DNA from: Neoechinorhynchus agilis
Taxonomy: Eukaryota; Animalia; Acanthocephala
NCBI GenBank assembly: GCA_051530055.1
Contig: CM121343.1
Coordinates: forward strand, 5,736,389 to 5,800,388
DNA length: 64,000 nt
Direction: 5' to 3'
This document shows, piece after piece, positions 46,332-59,205 of the stretch. The notes under the pieces were generated by a model that was given only the letters and a program-made list of their open reading frames with translations, did no database searches and was not told the DNA's origin. How positions within the stretch are numbered: position 1 is the stretch's first letter; every line of letters starts with the position of its first letter. The position numbers and the translations under genes are program-made.

Positions 46332-49300
46332 TCACGATCTCGTTATAGACAATCGCACACTCGTGCCACCGTCGACATATTGATTCTCTCCATGTCCGCA
46401 ATGAACGATTGGATCGGTTAAGTCTACTTGATCTTCGGGAAAGTTCTCTTTTAAAGCCTTCTCAAACACCAAAGCTAGCTGGCGGCTAAGATTGCAAATA
46501 CTCGAGTTGTATTCGTTGTATGCGACGCAGTTAGCGAACATGCGCTCCACATCCGACTTAAATTCACCAATAGAAGCGTACCTAATGGTTTGTTTTTTAA
46601 AAGGTTAATCAGTTGTTCTAGCATATTTGCGAACTCACCCATTTATAACAGCATTTCTCTTGATTTGCCTTAAACTCGTTGGATGTTGAATTATTTTATA
46701 GTAATCAGGATAGGTGTTTGGATCGACAGGATCTCTAAAAGGCAGACTGCTTTCGTTCTTAATCAACCCACGCGCGACTCGTTTAAGTCGATCATTTAGC
46801 TCCATTTGCTCTTCACTGGTTGGACACTTACGCAGTGTTTGCTTCGGTGGTACTGGGGACTCTGTTACTCCACTCCTCGATGATAATCCTCTATTGACGA
46901 ACGTTGCATCAGATGACGATGTAGTTAAATTTATTATGCCATTGTTACTGGCGGATCCCGCACATACCCGGCATAATCTCCGTGGGGATTTAAACACCAA
47001 ACATTGCTGATGGTAATGTTTTGAACAGTATTCGCACACTATAAGTTCACCGTTGCGATCACCGCAAGCGAAACAGCAATCGTACTCTCGGTTTTCGATG
47101 CGGCAACAATAACAATACCAATCGTCGCCTTCCAATGTAGGCCTTTCTTTTTTTGACTTCATGCAATAGGTATGGTACCCGTGGTCACAGTCCTCACAGA
47201 ATAACATTCGGTCGGTGTCTTTATCGCAATTGCAAACTTGACAGCGGAATTTTAGTGAACTCTTATCCCATGCGATTATCGAATGCTCTAGTCGATAGAC
47301 AAGCACGTAGACACATTGGCCCTGAATTTTAAACCAGATTTTTAAATTCAACTATGCTCAGAAATCCGCACAAATTTTACACACGGAAAAAATAAAAGCC
47401 GGCAATAAAATATCCCCCGGCCTTCTATTTGCGAATGGCCACAATTCACGCTATCTTCGCTGCATCTGTAAAATATGCTTCATCAATTAAGCACCCATCG
47501 CAGGATTTATTTAAAAGTCCGCCAGAATGAAAATGCCCATTGTAAATCTACGATAAATGCTTGATTCGATCTAAACGAGACCAAAAGACATACCGAAGAA
47601 TTAAAGATATTCTCAACAGAAACCAAATGAACCGTTATACCGTTCGTAATCGGGTTTCGTTGCTTATCGAGCAAAAAGGAAAGTCGGTAGTTGAAAAGGT
47701 TGCTAATGTATACGATTTTAGACTTTCGCCCCATTTATATTCTGGAACCACAAAAGCATGGCATAATCTTTTGTAAATCATTAAGTCTACTATTTTGGGT
47801 ATGACCTTTCGGATAGAATTGCTGATTTTTTATTTGTCTTTGTGTTTACTAAAATGATCGACCTTTTGTGCTACCTTCCTGTGGTGTAATTAGCTAATTT
47901 GCAAAATTAAGAGATATTAACAAATAGATAATATGAGATCAAATACTCGAAAAAACCTTAATTCCAAACGAACAAAGCGAGTGGCAGTAAGGAGAAAAAC
48001 AGTTTGTAGTGGCTAACCTTCGATCAAAGCTCGCTCTGATATGTTGCGAATTCGCCAGCGCAATATTGGTTTTAAAAATGTAATCAATCCAGAGCACTTA
48101 GGGAAGCAAAACGTATTTCAACTCTATTAAGAAAATTGGAACTTTAGTGAAGAAAGCTTTCGATGGATTTCAATGACTCAGACCGCCGAAAATTGAGATA
48201 GTTCTCACGTTGGTTCATTTGCGATTAAAGAAAATACCCAAATTAGGGTCAATGTTGTAAAGAATGGATACGGAGACGCATTTTGCAACATCCTCTCTCC
48301 ACGTAACGATTTTCGAACGATTTTTTTCATTGAGGTAACGACGCTGTATCGACTCTTCCATTGACAGTAAGCGTTTTAATACAAGTTTCATCGAAGATGG
48401 ATTTTCGGCATTATGTACTATATCCTCGCTTTTCTTCTCACGCCATTTTGATGGACACCATGCTATCTTGGCCAAGTGGATACGGCGTTGAAGTCGTCTT
48501 AATTCTTTACACACGACAAGAAGGCAATAATGATCGAAGTTTGAATTCTGATCCCAGAAGGTTAACAACTTGTCATTCCATTTGGACGATTTCACAACCT
48601 CACCGAAAGTGCCACCGCCAAAATCATCGGTGCAACTGGTCTGTGTATCGTGCTTTAGACAAGAATTTAACAATTCTAGTTCGCGGCTTAGTGACAAATA
48701 CAAGGCACGTTCGCGCTCGCCCTTGTTGCACAGTGAATCCAACAATTTCTTAAGTGTATCTTTATCTTTAAAAATACACCATCGTACTGGGCAAGCATTG
48801 ACTCGTGCCAAGTGGGCTCGATCGTTTTGTAATCTATAATTAACAAGTTCATCCAGTGACGTGGTCGATCGATGATGGCAAGCGTTATTCTCCCAGTTAT
48901 CTGCGGCACTTAGAATGCTTAACAATAATGTTGTTCGTCCGCTAAGGCTCATATCCATTACTCCATCGTCATTGAAATTGCCCTGAATTGCACCATTCGA
49001 TGGATCGTGTAATATGGAACCACTTTTATCGATAACAGGATCAATGAACAAATTTGTTTCTTTGCCATTGGAAGTATTTGAAATTATTGGTAGAAATTCC
49101 GACGAATTTGCACGGGGTTTTGCTTCCACATCACGTAACAATACTTGGTCGTTATTTGGATCCGTTGATTCAATATAAATGGCGTTTTGTCTTGGGACGA
49201 ACCAATACCGACGATAATACCTATCGCTCCCGAAATTCCGCAGTCGAGCCAAATCGAGGCCACCCATCGCAGCTGTACGAAACTGCTCTTGCGGGTGTAA

Positions 49301-51248
49301 TTTTGTATCTTCAGCAGTCTCTGCGCCGCTAAGCTCGTCCATTGCGTCATTTGCTCTACCTTCGCCGCCCGATCCAGAACCAAACGGAATATTATGAGAT
49401 AATCCTAATTTCGCTCGAACGTCGTCTCTAGATGGACGACGCCGAGCTTCATTGAAAGCATTCATATCATCATCAATCCATGAATATGTTAGTCGGTTTG
49501 TAAGAAATTCATCACACAGCCACCTGAGTGCTTGCGATTTATATTTCAAATTTAGACAACGGAACGTAGTGTGAAACAGTTTGTCGTGCAAATTTTTGAA
49601 ACATCTTTGCCCACTTCCACATACATAAAAAAGTACGGCGCTCAAACTGTATTCGTCAATGGGTAAGTCATCGACGATATGATGAAAGTGACCGATACAT
49701 TTCAAGTATTTAACTAGATCCATGCACAGATTTTCGATAATGATCGAATCTTTCATCATCATCAAAGCAGCGGTGAGTGAATCGAACGCAAGCATCGATT
49801 GAGTTGATCGTGATGGTCGATCTGTTTTCCATGTTACAATTCTATCTTTGAACGTTGCTAGAAGTTCGCATGCCATAAAACAGTTACCGAACGCACAGCA
49901 AGCGTCAAACCCTTCTGTGCCGGGTATCGGCTCAAAATCAGGAAGAGGTTTGGCGTCTTTAATAAGTAAATCATTAACACATTCTTTAAAATTGGAGTAA
50001 ATAAATGCGCCCTGCCCCTTTGTCATCAGAGTAGATGCGCCAATATCTTCTTCATGCTGCTTTCTTATAAAGACCGGACAAGAACACCTCTCACTGGTAG
50101 TAGTAGTGCTTAATCTCGGCAACCAGCTAGTGGATACTGGCTCTGAATAATCATAACCAGTATCACCACCATCTGAAGGTCGCTTACAACCATTTTTGTT
50201 GGATGATGCAGTAGATTTGGAGAAAAAAGTCTTCGGAGGTGTAACCCTACGTTGATTGAACAAATTATCGCATGCAATCGATGACATTTTAGGTGCGGCG
50301 AGACCTCTTACCGTTGTACGGTTGATATACCGTTGAACCCGTCGTTCCTTACCATTGCTACTGTAAGAATGCACAACATCAGTGAGTTGCTGTAGCAGAT
50401 TAGTAGTTCCAAAATTTCTAATTGTAGCATTTGATTGAGTTTGCGGCTTCCGTTTAATTGTATTACTGTCAGTTCGTTGAAAGTTAGGATTCTCCTTCCT
50501 GATCAACTTAATCACCTGCTCCTCGGTAAGCTCTTCGGAGCGCGTTCCAGTGTTGTTAGGTGTGAAGGAATGCCTTACAAATGTACCAACCAAGAATTTT
50601 GAGCTGAAAGTAAAATTTTGTCGATTGAGCGCACCACCATTTAGAGCCGTACATGGGTTTTTTAATAAATATCTATCTATTTCTTGAAAACTTTTGAGCT
50701 TCTTATTGTCGGGTGAAAAATATACAACGTCGCCCCTTACGCCAGTTTTGGTGATTAAACGGATATGAGTAATGCGCTTCCAGCCCATTCGGAGGGGAAT
50801 ACGTACCATATTTTCATCCGGTTCTTCGGGTTTTCTTCGTTTTGTGGCAGAAATTAACGACGAAGATTTGTTGCATGCTGTATGTCGATGTGTATGCATA
50901 AAGGTAAGTTTTCCGAATCCTTCAACAATACCAAAATGAGAATATTGGCTCGTCACTTCCGATTTCACCGCTCGTCTTAAATTCGGCGAAGGCGAGGAGG
51001 AAGATGCGAATGTGGCAGGGGTTAAGGATACCGTAGATCGATGACACCACGAATTTGTCTCAATTGGCGGGATGTATGGCCTGAACGAACTAAGGATGTT
51101 TACGTTGAGTCCATTTCCCGATTGGTTTGACGTTCGCGTTAAATAGAGAGGAGGAGGCCGGGTATTCGGAATACTTGGTATCTGATTGGTCGCTGGTGGT
51201 TGTGGTGGTGGTGTTGTGACTGAGGCGACGCCGGTAAGCGGTAGTAGC

Positions 51249-51279
<31 letters not shown>

Positions 51280-51400
51280 GGAGGTGATTGCTGGACAGCG
51301 GGAGTACCGGCAGTTGTGCTTGTTGGTTTGATGAGGACGTTTGAGTCCCCAAAATGCGGTTTTGTTCGAGAGCGTCCACTCCATTCGACCCGGCGGACAT
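46332..51400 (-). CDS. BAZ2: BAZ2/toutatis chromatin factor (MBD/TAM, DDT, WHIM1-3, two PHDs, bromodomain); blocks 51400-~48260, ~47325-46639 and 46581-46332
   Basis: RIPLRMGWKR...YFSPDNKKLK...NFTFSSK (MBD); KPLPDF (DDT); GSDRYYRRYW; KGERERAL; two PHD Cys patterns; PFRDPVD...DYY.II.HP...FANC..YN (bromodomain; 57-nt intron 46638-46582). Confidence 0.92.
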
Positions 51401-51953
51401 TATCTAAAGAAATACTTGATATCAGAAAGACAGAGGAGAAAGTAAAGGCAGGAGGAGATGACGGAGAGCACTGAATAAATGCTAGAGCAATAGCGCCAGC
51501 TTCCAAGTCTGATGCTGCGCATGCCTCGTCGTAGCGTTGAGAAGGTGGAGAGAGAAAACCATGTATGTCTCTTGACGAAATTGTGCCTAGTCTGTCATCC
51601 ACTCTCTCTTACTTTTACGGTCATGTACATGTACGAAATCCCTTGACACACCACCTATTTCCATCATCATCATCATCATCACCACCATCATGAACCCATT
51701 TGATGGTTGGAAGCCTTGAACGTGGCTAATTAACGAACAAAAACCACGTACCAACTCATATTGTGAAAGAACGGCTTCAAATCAGTTTTTTACGTTAGTG
51801 CGCCAGTCCGGAAACCAGTACCGAGGTGCTCGTTATATCGATCTTTTTGCTAAAAATCACTAAAAAGCACAGGAAGCGAGTTAAGCTGCTTTTGTATAAG
51901 ACGCAGACAACATCGTGCACATATTATTTCTATTATCATCACGCTTTCAGCAA

Positions 51954-54900
51954 CTATTCGCTTTCATCACTTCCGTTTTGCCAATGTCCACCGGCTTCAG
52001 CGGTGGTACCAAGTCCATATTCCGGCCTGTATTGTTCGTCCACAACTGTTTCCGATACGTCTTCGTCATCCGGTCGAATCACTGCCGATATGAAATGATC
52101 CATCGCGTTGTTGATGTCGTTGGCACACTTGCAAAGATCCGTAAATGACAACTTTTGCACACTAGACAATTCATTATCCAATTCCCAATGATTTATGTGA
52201 TCCGATGGCATGTCTTTCGCCATGATTGGAGGTGACATTGAGCGTCCCGTCTTATATGATGCACCTTTTGCATTCAAATTTGATGCAGACATAAATCGTA
52301 ACTAATCATGTCGAAAATAACAAAACAATAAGCGAATAGAGTATATACAGACCCCTTCATAAGACCGGTCAACACTTCCGTTACCATAATTATAGGATCT
52401 CGTTTTATTTAGTCGTTGCCGGAGCTGCCGAAGTTGTAAGTCTAATCGCACATTCTGTAGCTCCACAAGCCTCATTCTATTATCTATCTTATCCCTGCAG
52501 TGAACAATGCTTTCCCTATCGACTTTGTTTGTCTGCTGACTATTACTGCTAGCATTGTTGATTAAATCAAAGCAACTGCGGCAGTGTCCGGCTAAAAGCT
52601 TTTTGCATTCGTTCCTTAGTTCTCGGTTTTCGTGCTCTAATTGAAAGATAGTCCTCTCGACCAAAAGATCGTGTGTATTGCAAGTAAGGCGTTCTTCGCA
52701 GTCAGTTGCTTTAGCTCTTGCGTGCTCATTATACAGCTCACCATTTATTTCGGATGTTATGCTCGCTCCGGGTGGAAAGGTACTTCTTGGTGTTATCGCA
52801 CGGACTCATGCATTATGGGTTACAATTAGTAAAAAAACAAGAAATTATTTCCTCAATCTCCATAAGCCCGTGCTTTTATTCGCGCATCATTTCCAGCGAT
52901 TGGTATTTCATCATTGACCAGTGCTGCATCCATTCCCATCAATACGAGCGTTGAATTCCTGCCATCATGGTCAAAATTTCGAGGAAGAGGAAGGTACCCA
53001 AGACGCCGAATTCCGTCAGTGCCGATTCTAGCTCCGCATATGGCAGTAGTCGCGATTGAACCAGCGCACTGGAAATGAGATCCGTTCATGGGACCGGTTT
53101 TTTTTAGCTTATTTAGAATCACACGAACGAAATCTTTAAAATTGTCAGCGGACGTTGTCTAAAGAGGTGTTAGTGTGTACAAAAACGCGGTAAATTTTAC
53201 CTCAATATAATACTCATGGAGTGGATCATCAATCTTGAATCTATTGTTTTGCTTCGCGAATAAAAAGCAGTGCTGGCAAACATCGAAGTTAAACCGCCGA
53301 AGCGATCGGTAACTTTATTCAAAGTAGCACATAGTGAGCTCGTTTCATTCTCCATATCTAACAATGCTTACCGAAAACCAACCATCGGATACTGTTTACA
53401 GACGTTACATTTCGCTTGGTGCATGGTCTGCTCACTGACGACTAAACGATGCATGACCGGTAACCAAACAAGGGATTGTGGCTCCTCTCGCAACCAAGCA
53501 AGAAATTCTTGAATTGTCACACGCATGCAATTGTTTACTATTGGGTCGGATTCACATTTCACCTATACGAAAATTCACTACAAAGAAAAAGCGAGGTGAA
53601 ATACACACGAATTTTATTAAACATCGCAACGATGGCTCGGCTCGACTTCCACCAAACGCGGCAACCTCGCCGAGTAGTTTCGGGATCTACAAATGAGATC
53701 TTTCTGAGCTTCAAGTCGACAAATTGGTTTACAGACTATCAGTGCGCTCTCAATAATAATGCAAAATACATTTATAGAAATGGTCTGTTCCAGTTTATTA
53801 AGACTTGCGGTCTCATATATATCTAGAAAATAATGCCGATGGTTCAGATGAAATAGATAACGGTTGACCTACACTTGTACTTATCGTCCAAATTGGCTTG
53901 GCACATGATTGCTAAAGCTACTTTAAATGAATAGATATTTAAGAATCCGTTCCTATTCCTTAGGTTCATTGAGTAGTATGTGCGGTTCCAAAGATTGCTG
54001 CGAAAATAGAGTTAAATAATGGAGCATGTTTCTGCGTCCTATTCTGCAATATTAATTGTTTATAGGATAATTGTTAAGAATACAAAGGTGAAAAAAAAGA
54101 AATTTCAAAGACTGCCAACATATCCTTAACACCAAAGCTCGAATTGAAAAACTATTGCTAAATAAAATAGATGAAAACGTCGATATGCGAGGAGGTACCG
54201 GGGGAATGTGATTAGAATTATTATTTAGAAGTCTTCACCCGGAAAATTAGTGTTTATTAAAGACGTTCTGCGAACCTCGTAAGAGGTTCATCATCTTAGT
54301 TTGTTAGTAATAGACGCAACCAACAAACTGAGATGATGACCCCTTACGAGGTTCACAGAACGTCTTTAATAAAAACTAATTTTCCAAGTGAAGATTTCCA
54401 AACAATAATTCCAAAATAAGAGCCGAATAACGGATTGAACGTATTGTATCGTTTCCCGCATATGAATATTTTTCGAGTTCAGGTGAATTCGCGTACTTTT
54501 TTACTTCGAAAACAAAAAAAATTACGGTTTTCGCATGATCAGAACCGCATGGATTATTTAAGGGAGATTAATAAAATCGATTTAAGTATAATCAGAGACA
54601 CCGCGATCGGATTTATGTGATTGCGCGACTTAGCAAAAAGGGCAAAAACCAGTGGTAATCGCTTGAAAGATGAAAATCAGCAACCATTTGCCTATTTGGG
54701 CGTCATAGTACGCAGAAATATCATCGATTATTTCACTCAAAATTCAACAAGTGAATTGTCGTACTCATCGTATAAATTTAAAAGCCAATTCAGGCACAAG
54801 TCAGTGGCCAAGGGTACATTGATAGTGGACATTGGATATGCCACTGCAGCCGCTTCATACATTCTTCGTAACACAGTCAATATACGCGTTGCGCTCACGG

Positions 54901-56830
54901 TCGAGTTCAAATTCAGCTTATAATTTGGAAGTAGTTCAGAATTTATTGTAGCTGAGACAGTTTGCAAATCACAAAGGTCGACTAGAGTAGACTGTGTACT
55001 TCGCAGTATTCTAATTGAGATCTTACGGCACAAACGTTTCTGAACAGCCCTCAGCTTTATAGCCGTTCTGTAGGCACAGAAGCGTATTTCGTTAAAGTAA
55101 CTGAGAGATTCCATTAATGAAACCATCTCAGGATGATTCCAACTTGCTTCTGATGTTTCAACACTGAGGAAGATAATTACGAGCTAAGGAAAATCGCTTA
55201 TAAAATGTACTTGATGTAGAGTGGTAGTTCACTTTGGTTTCCTAAAGTGCGCTTCCATGGATATTGTACAGATCCATCCATGTCGTATCCAAAATACTTA
55301 ATAACGGTGTTCGTGGCTTGATCCTTGGGTCCAGCAGTTGAAATTGACGGAATGCGAACACTAACAGTGGGTAAGCTTGGTGAACCGATTCGATCGCAAT
55401 TTTTTTTAGCGTTTTGAATATTAGAAGATATCAGTGCACGTTGAGCATCACTAAGAATAGCTTTTACGGGATTACTGGACTGGTGGTTATCGAAAGTAAG
55501 AAAGTGTTGTAGTAAATTGCAATTGTTAAGATCTCGCCACCTAAAGCATCGACGAGTTTTTAAAGAGTCGAATCACACCGCTCACCCACTATTGTGGATC
55601 CGTTCACGATTCCTCGTTGCGCCGGTGGTAGTATACGCAAAAGTATGCAGCCAACGTCTTTGACTTAGTTGTTGAACTGTCCCATTAAGACGTTTGAGGA
55701 GATTCTCTTGACGCTGAAGAATATCTAAGACCGACTAAATACAGCCAAGTTAATGATGGCACATAACGACACGATGAAAACGGCTGATGCTCGATTCGTG
55801 CACAGAAGAATGGAAATTGCGTGTTCGTTAGGCCCGCCGCTCCATGTCATTTTTACCGTTGTGAATTGTGTCTGATGAGAACCGGAATCTTGCTCGTGAA
55901 GAAGTTCCGGACCAATGCCGCGTCCATTGAAACCTGTAGTCTTTAAGGGAAGAAATGTCTCATGGGACTCGTTGTTGGTCGTGTTTATACCTCCACCAAA
56001 CTATCCAACATATCTTGAAAAATAACCGCCGTTTTGTACAACTCGTTCCAATCGTGTTCTAGGTTCAAAAGATCACTCCTGTCTGTGATAAGAAATGAAA
56101 CATTTCAAAATAAACATCCAATGCTTACTACATTTAGGCTTGATGAACTCATTTAAAACCACATTCACACGGTTCGTAAAGTCCTGATGAGATTGGTGAT
56201 GTTCATCATCGTCCTTCTTCATCATCACTAGCTTGAATGAACAAATACAATGAACAAAAAAAGACCCACCTTAACTCGACCTCCGTCTACCGCCGTTTCA
56301 TCGTTACGCAATAAAATCCAATAGTGCTTAAGTGCGCTTATCCGTCGGTCTAACCAACATGACCAGTTTTGTATAAATGCGTTTATATCAGCCAATTTGC
56401 AGTCGACACGATCATGTTGACTCAAATCGGATCTATGTTTTTCTTCAGCGATTCGATATCTCAACTTCATTTATTAGCTTTCCTAACCTCGTTTCCACCG
56501 TAGTCCTTGAAGCAACTAATGACTTATCCGTAGTGGCACCAGCCAAAATGAAACCTCCATCTTTATGTAAATCCGATTTCTTACCCATTAATCCACATGC
56601 CTCATGATGTTCAATCTATTTTAAAGAAATTTAGATTGTTTAGGAACACAAATTCGTGATGAACATATACCGTGGTTGTTTGGCAAGGAAGCGTGTCATA
56701 TTCGGTAAGATCTTCAGATGGAGTCCCAATCCTCGTATCATCAATTATTAATTGCGAATCGATCGATTCAGTCATTTCGTCACCACTGGTCACCATCATA
56801 ATGATATCACAGGAAAAGAAAGGCACCTAC
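51954..56830 (-). CDS. Dys: Dystrophin-family protein (few spectrin-like repeats, WW, EF-hands, ZZ, coiled coils), multi-exon; 5' end uncertain
   Basis: SVQYPWKR...PLYIN...SWNHP; [22 protein letters not shown]; [13 protein letters not shown]; [14 protein letters not shown]...HQAKCNVCK...GFRYRSL; QLEHENREL. Introns 55210-55164, 55026-54982 and 53371-53313 restore these motifs. Confidence 0.92.
54179..54412 (-). mobile_element. Foldback element A3, inside a dystrophin intron
   Basis: Same tail (GTCGATATGCGAGGAGGTACCGGGGGAATGTGATTAG) and palindromic arms as A2; no clear TSD. Confidence 0.85.
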
Positions 56831-57724
56831 GAAACGGACAGCGAGGATTTATCCAAATGACTCAGCACTTTGCTCATTGTGGTTTGTTTTTGGTTGATAA
56901 GAAAAACGGGGTAACGGCCGTTTCGTGTTTCCTATCTGAATGGGATCATTTCAAAAATTAGGTGCAGCAAAGATTGGCGTGGCGACATCTGACTACAAAG
57001 AGAATAGAAGGTACTCTCCAATGTGTCACATTTTGTGCGATGTGGCACACTTATGCCTCCTCTATGGGCACCGTCCGTTACATGCGTGGCAAGTATGCTG
57101 CATTCATGTCTGGACGAATAAACGACTGATTGACGAGACTTAGAATATGCACTCTTTAAGCAGTGTGGCACACCTTTTAAGCATGTTGAAGCCACAATTC
57201 GGGCGACGTTACATCAACAAATCAAACTTACGAGAAGTTGGCCATCATCCTTCCTCAAGAACAGTTCGCATTCACTAGAAAGTACCAACAGGTCAACCTT
57301 TCAAACCATATCAATCTTCAATTATCGCTCTACAATCTATCTTATCTCAGCGGAAATCTTCTTACTAACGACGATAGATATCACCGCTTAATCTTGAACC
57401 GGAATTTCTCCACCGTAAACCGAATGGATTTGGAAATATTTGTCTCTTTCATTTTAGCTCTGCACAACAGTAGCGACATGGATGCCCACTGGGAATTTGA
57501 AAAAAAATCTCCACTATGCTTTCAATACCTCTTAATATCTGCACTGATAAATTGACGATAATGCGGTTTCAACAAGACATCCCATTTACTTCCCCTTGAT
57601 AAAAAAAGGGGAACTCGGTACTTTAAACTACAGCGCCATCTCTCACCAAGACATAATAGAAACGGGACCTTCACAAGTCTCATTTCATTGGGGATCGTGG
57701 TATTTAGTTGGTTAAATGACGAGT

Positions 57725-57775
57725 AAAGATATTCATCATTTTTTGATCTTCTTCAGTCTATTGCTTGTAAGTTAG
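57725..57775 (-). mobile_element. Solo degenerate relative of the 109-bp HHR unit
   Basis: TCTTCAGTC(G)CTATTGCTTGTAAGTT-like match to the D unit; CUGAAGA is retained and the GAAA side has decayed. Confidence 0.55.
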
Positions 57776-58093
57776 AAACCTTGATGAAAGCAAAAGATTG
57801 TGCCGAAATATCGAATTTAATAAAATTCATTCAATTGTTTCGGGCGTAAAAATTAAAAGAATTTATTAATTCCAAAAAAGTTTCACGAATAATGCCATTA
57901 AAGAAAAAAGTTCTATTAGCGGGTTTTTTTTAAGACGCTTTGTCTCGGAAACCTTACATATTGTTGTGCTCAACACAATGAAAAGAAACAAAACTTTAGC
58001 CTAAGGCGCTACCGGCCAGCGACGGGTTAAAAATTAATGGAAAACGAGCGGATACACAGTTTCGCGTATGGCGATCCCACGAACTCGAGCATT

Positions 58094-58146
58094 AGTTTTA
58101 TATGACTGATGAGGTGAGTTTACATCGTGAAATGTCTCAAATAACT
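58094..58146 (+). ncRNA. Candidate minimal type I hammerhead, solo
   Basis: AGUUUUAUAUGA-CUGAUGA-G-GUGA-GUUUACA-UCGU-GAAA-U-GUC-UCAAAUAACU; stem I is long and stem II is wobble-rich. Confidence 0.6.
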
Positions 58147-59205
58147 AAAAAATGTCATGCCCGGCAGTATACTAGCCACAATTCTAATAAAATAGCATCT
58201 TGGAGAAAAAGGAATACGGAAATAACCTTTTGTTTCATCGCTCGAATGGGATAGCAAAGGTTAAATTTGTCGTTTTTATATTTACGCAAAAGTCGAGCTG
58301 AAAATGTCCTATATGAATAGGATTTGCATACTATTCAGCTAGTTTTTATAGTAGATCATTCCCGATCCTGTATTTATTAAGCTTAGTTGGAAGTTAGCTC
58401 AAAAATGATGAAATTCAATCACAGATTCATATCACCGGTTTTAGTAGCGGCAACAGCTTCATTTTTAACTTGTCACTTAGTGTTAAATCTAGTAACCGTA
58501 GGCCTGTTCCGTAAGCCTAACTCAATGCATTTCATCGTTGCTCTCCACCATGAATGCTATAATAATGAAATGCTCGTTACCACCCTTTCATCGTTTGCTT
58601 TATATCATATTCCACAAACTATAGACATCTTCCACTGAGCACATCTGAAATATCAGGGTGGAAAGATCATTGGTGAATTCGACACGTAGCTGCTATCCAT
58701 TTGGGTTGGTCACTGCTTTCTGAACTTATTGCATTCTTAATATCGATTTGGAAGGAGTCTTCGGTTGCACAGGTTAAAAAGAAAAATTAATTTACAGAAA
58801 AACTTATCCAGGTTATTAGTAGAAAATACGCTATTCTTGCAGTCAAGAACCTGGAAAGCCTTAAAACGGTATACTTATTCACGTTAGCTTCGAGGTAATT
58901 AAATGAGCAAAATAAAAGAGTAGATAAAGTCGTCGCTGGCGATTCAAATCGGTGTCGAAACGTAAATGGTCGATCAAAATTAAAACAAGGTTAATACTAA
59001 ACAAAGAATCAGCTCATCGATTATCATCCGAAGCGACTGTAAGAACCTTTGGTGGTCCGTCTCGTCGGACTTCAAGTTTCTTATAAGTTTTCTACTATAT
59101 AAGCCTGAGAACAATAAATATCTAGTTAAAGATAAAATCCATGAGTATGTGGCGATGCGGGAAAAAATTATATCTCCCTACCACCACAAACCAAAGAACA
59201 CATAA

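Noticed and set aside
45737-51602. Long antisense ORFs over RBBP4 and BAZ2 (and similar ones over the zinc-finger gene)
   Set aside because: They are shadows of real coding sequence and of low-complexity codon runs on the opposite strand.
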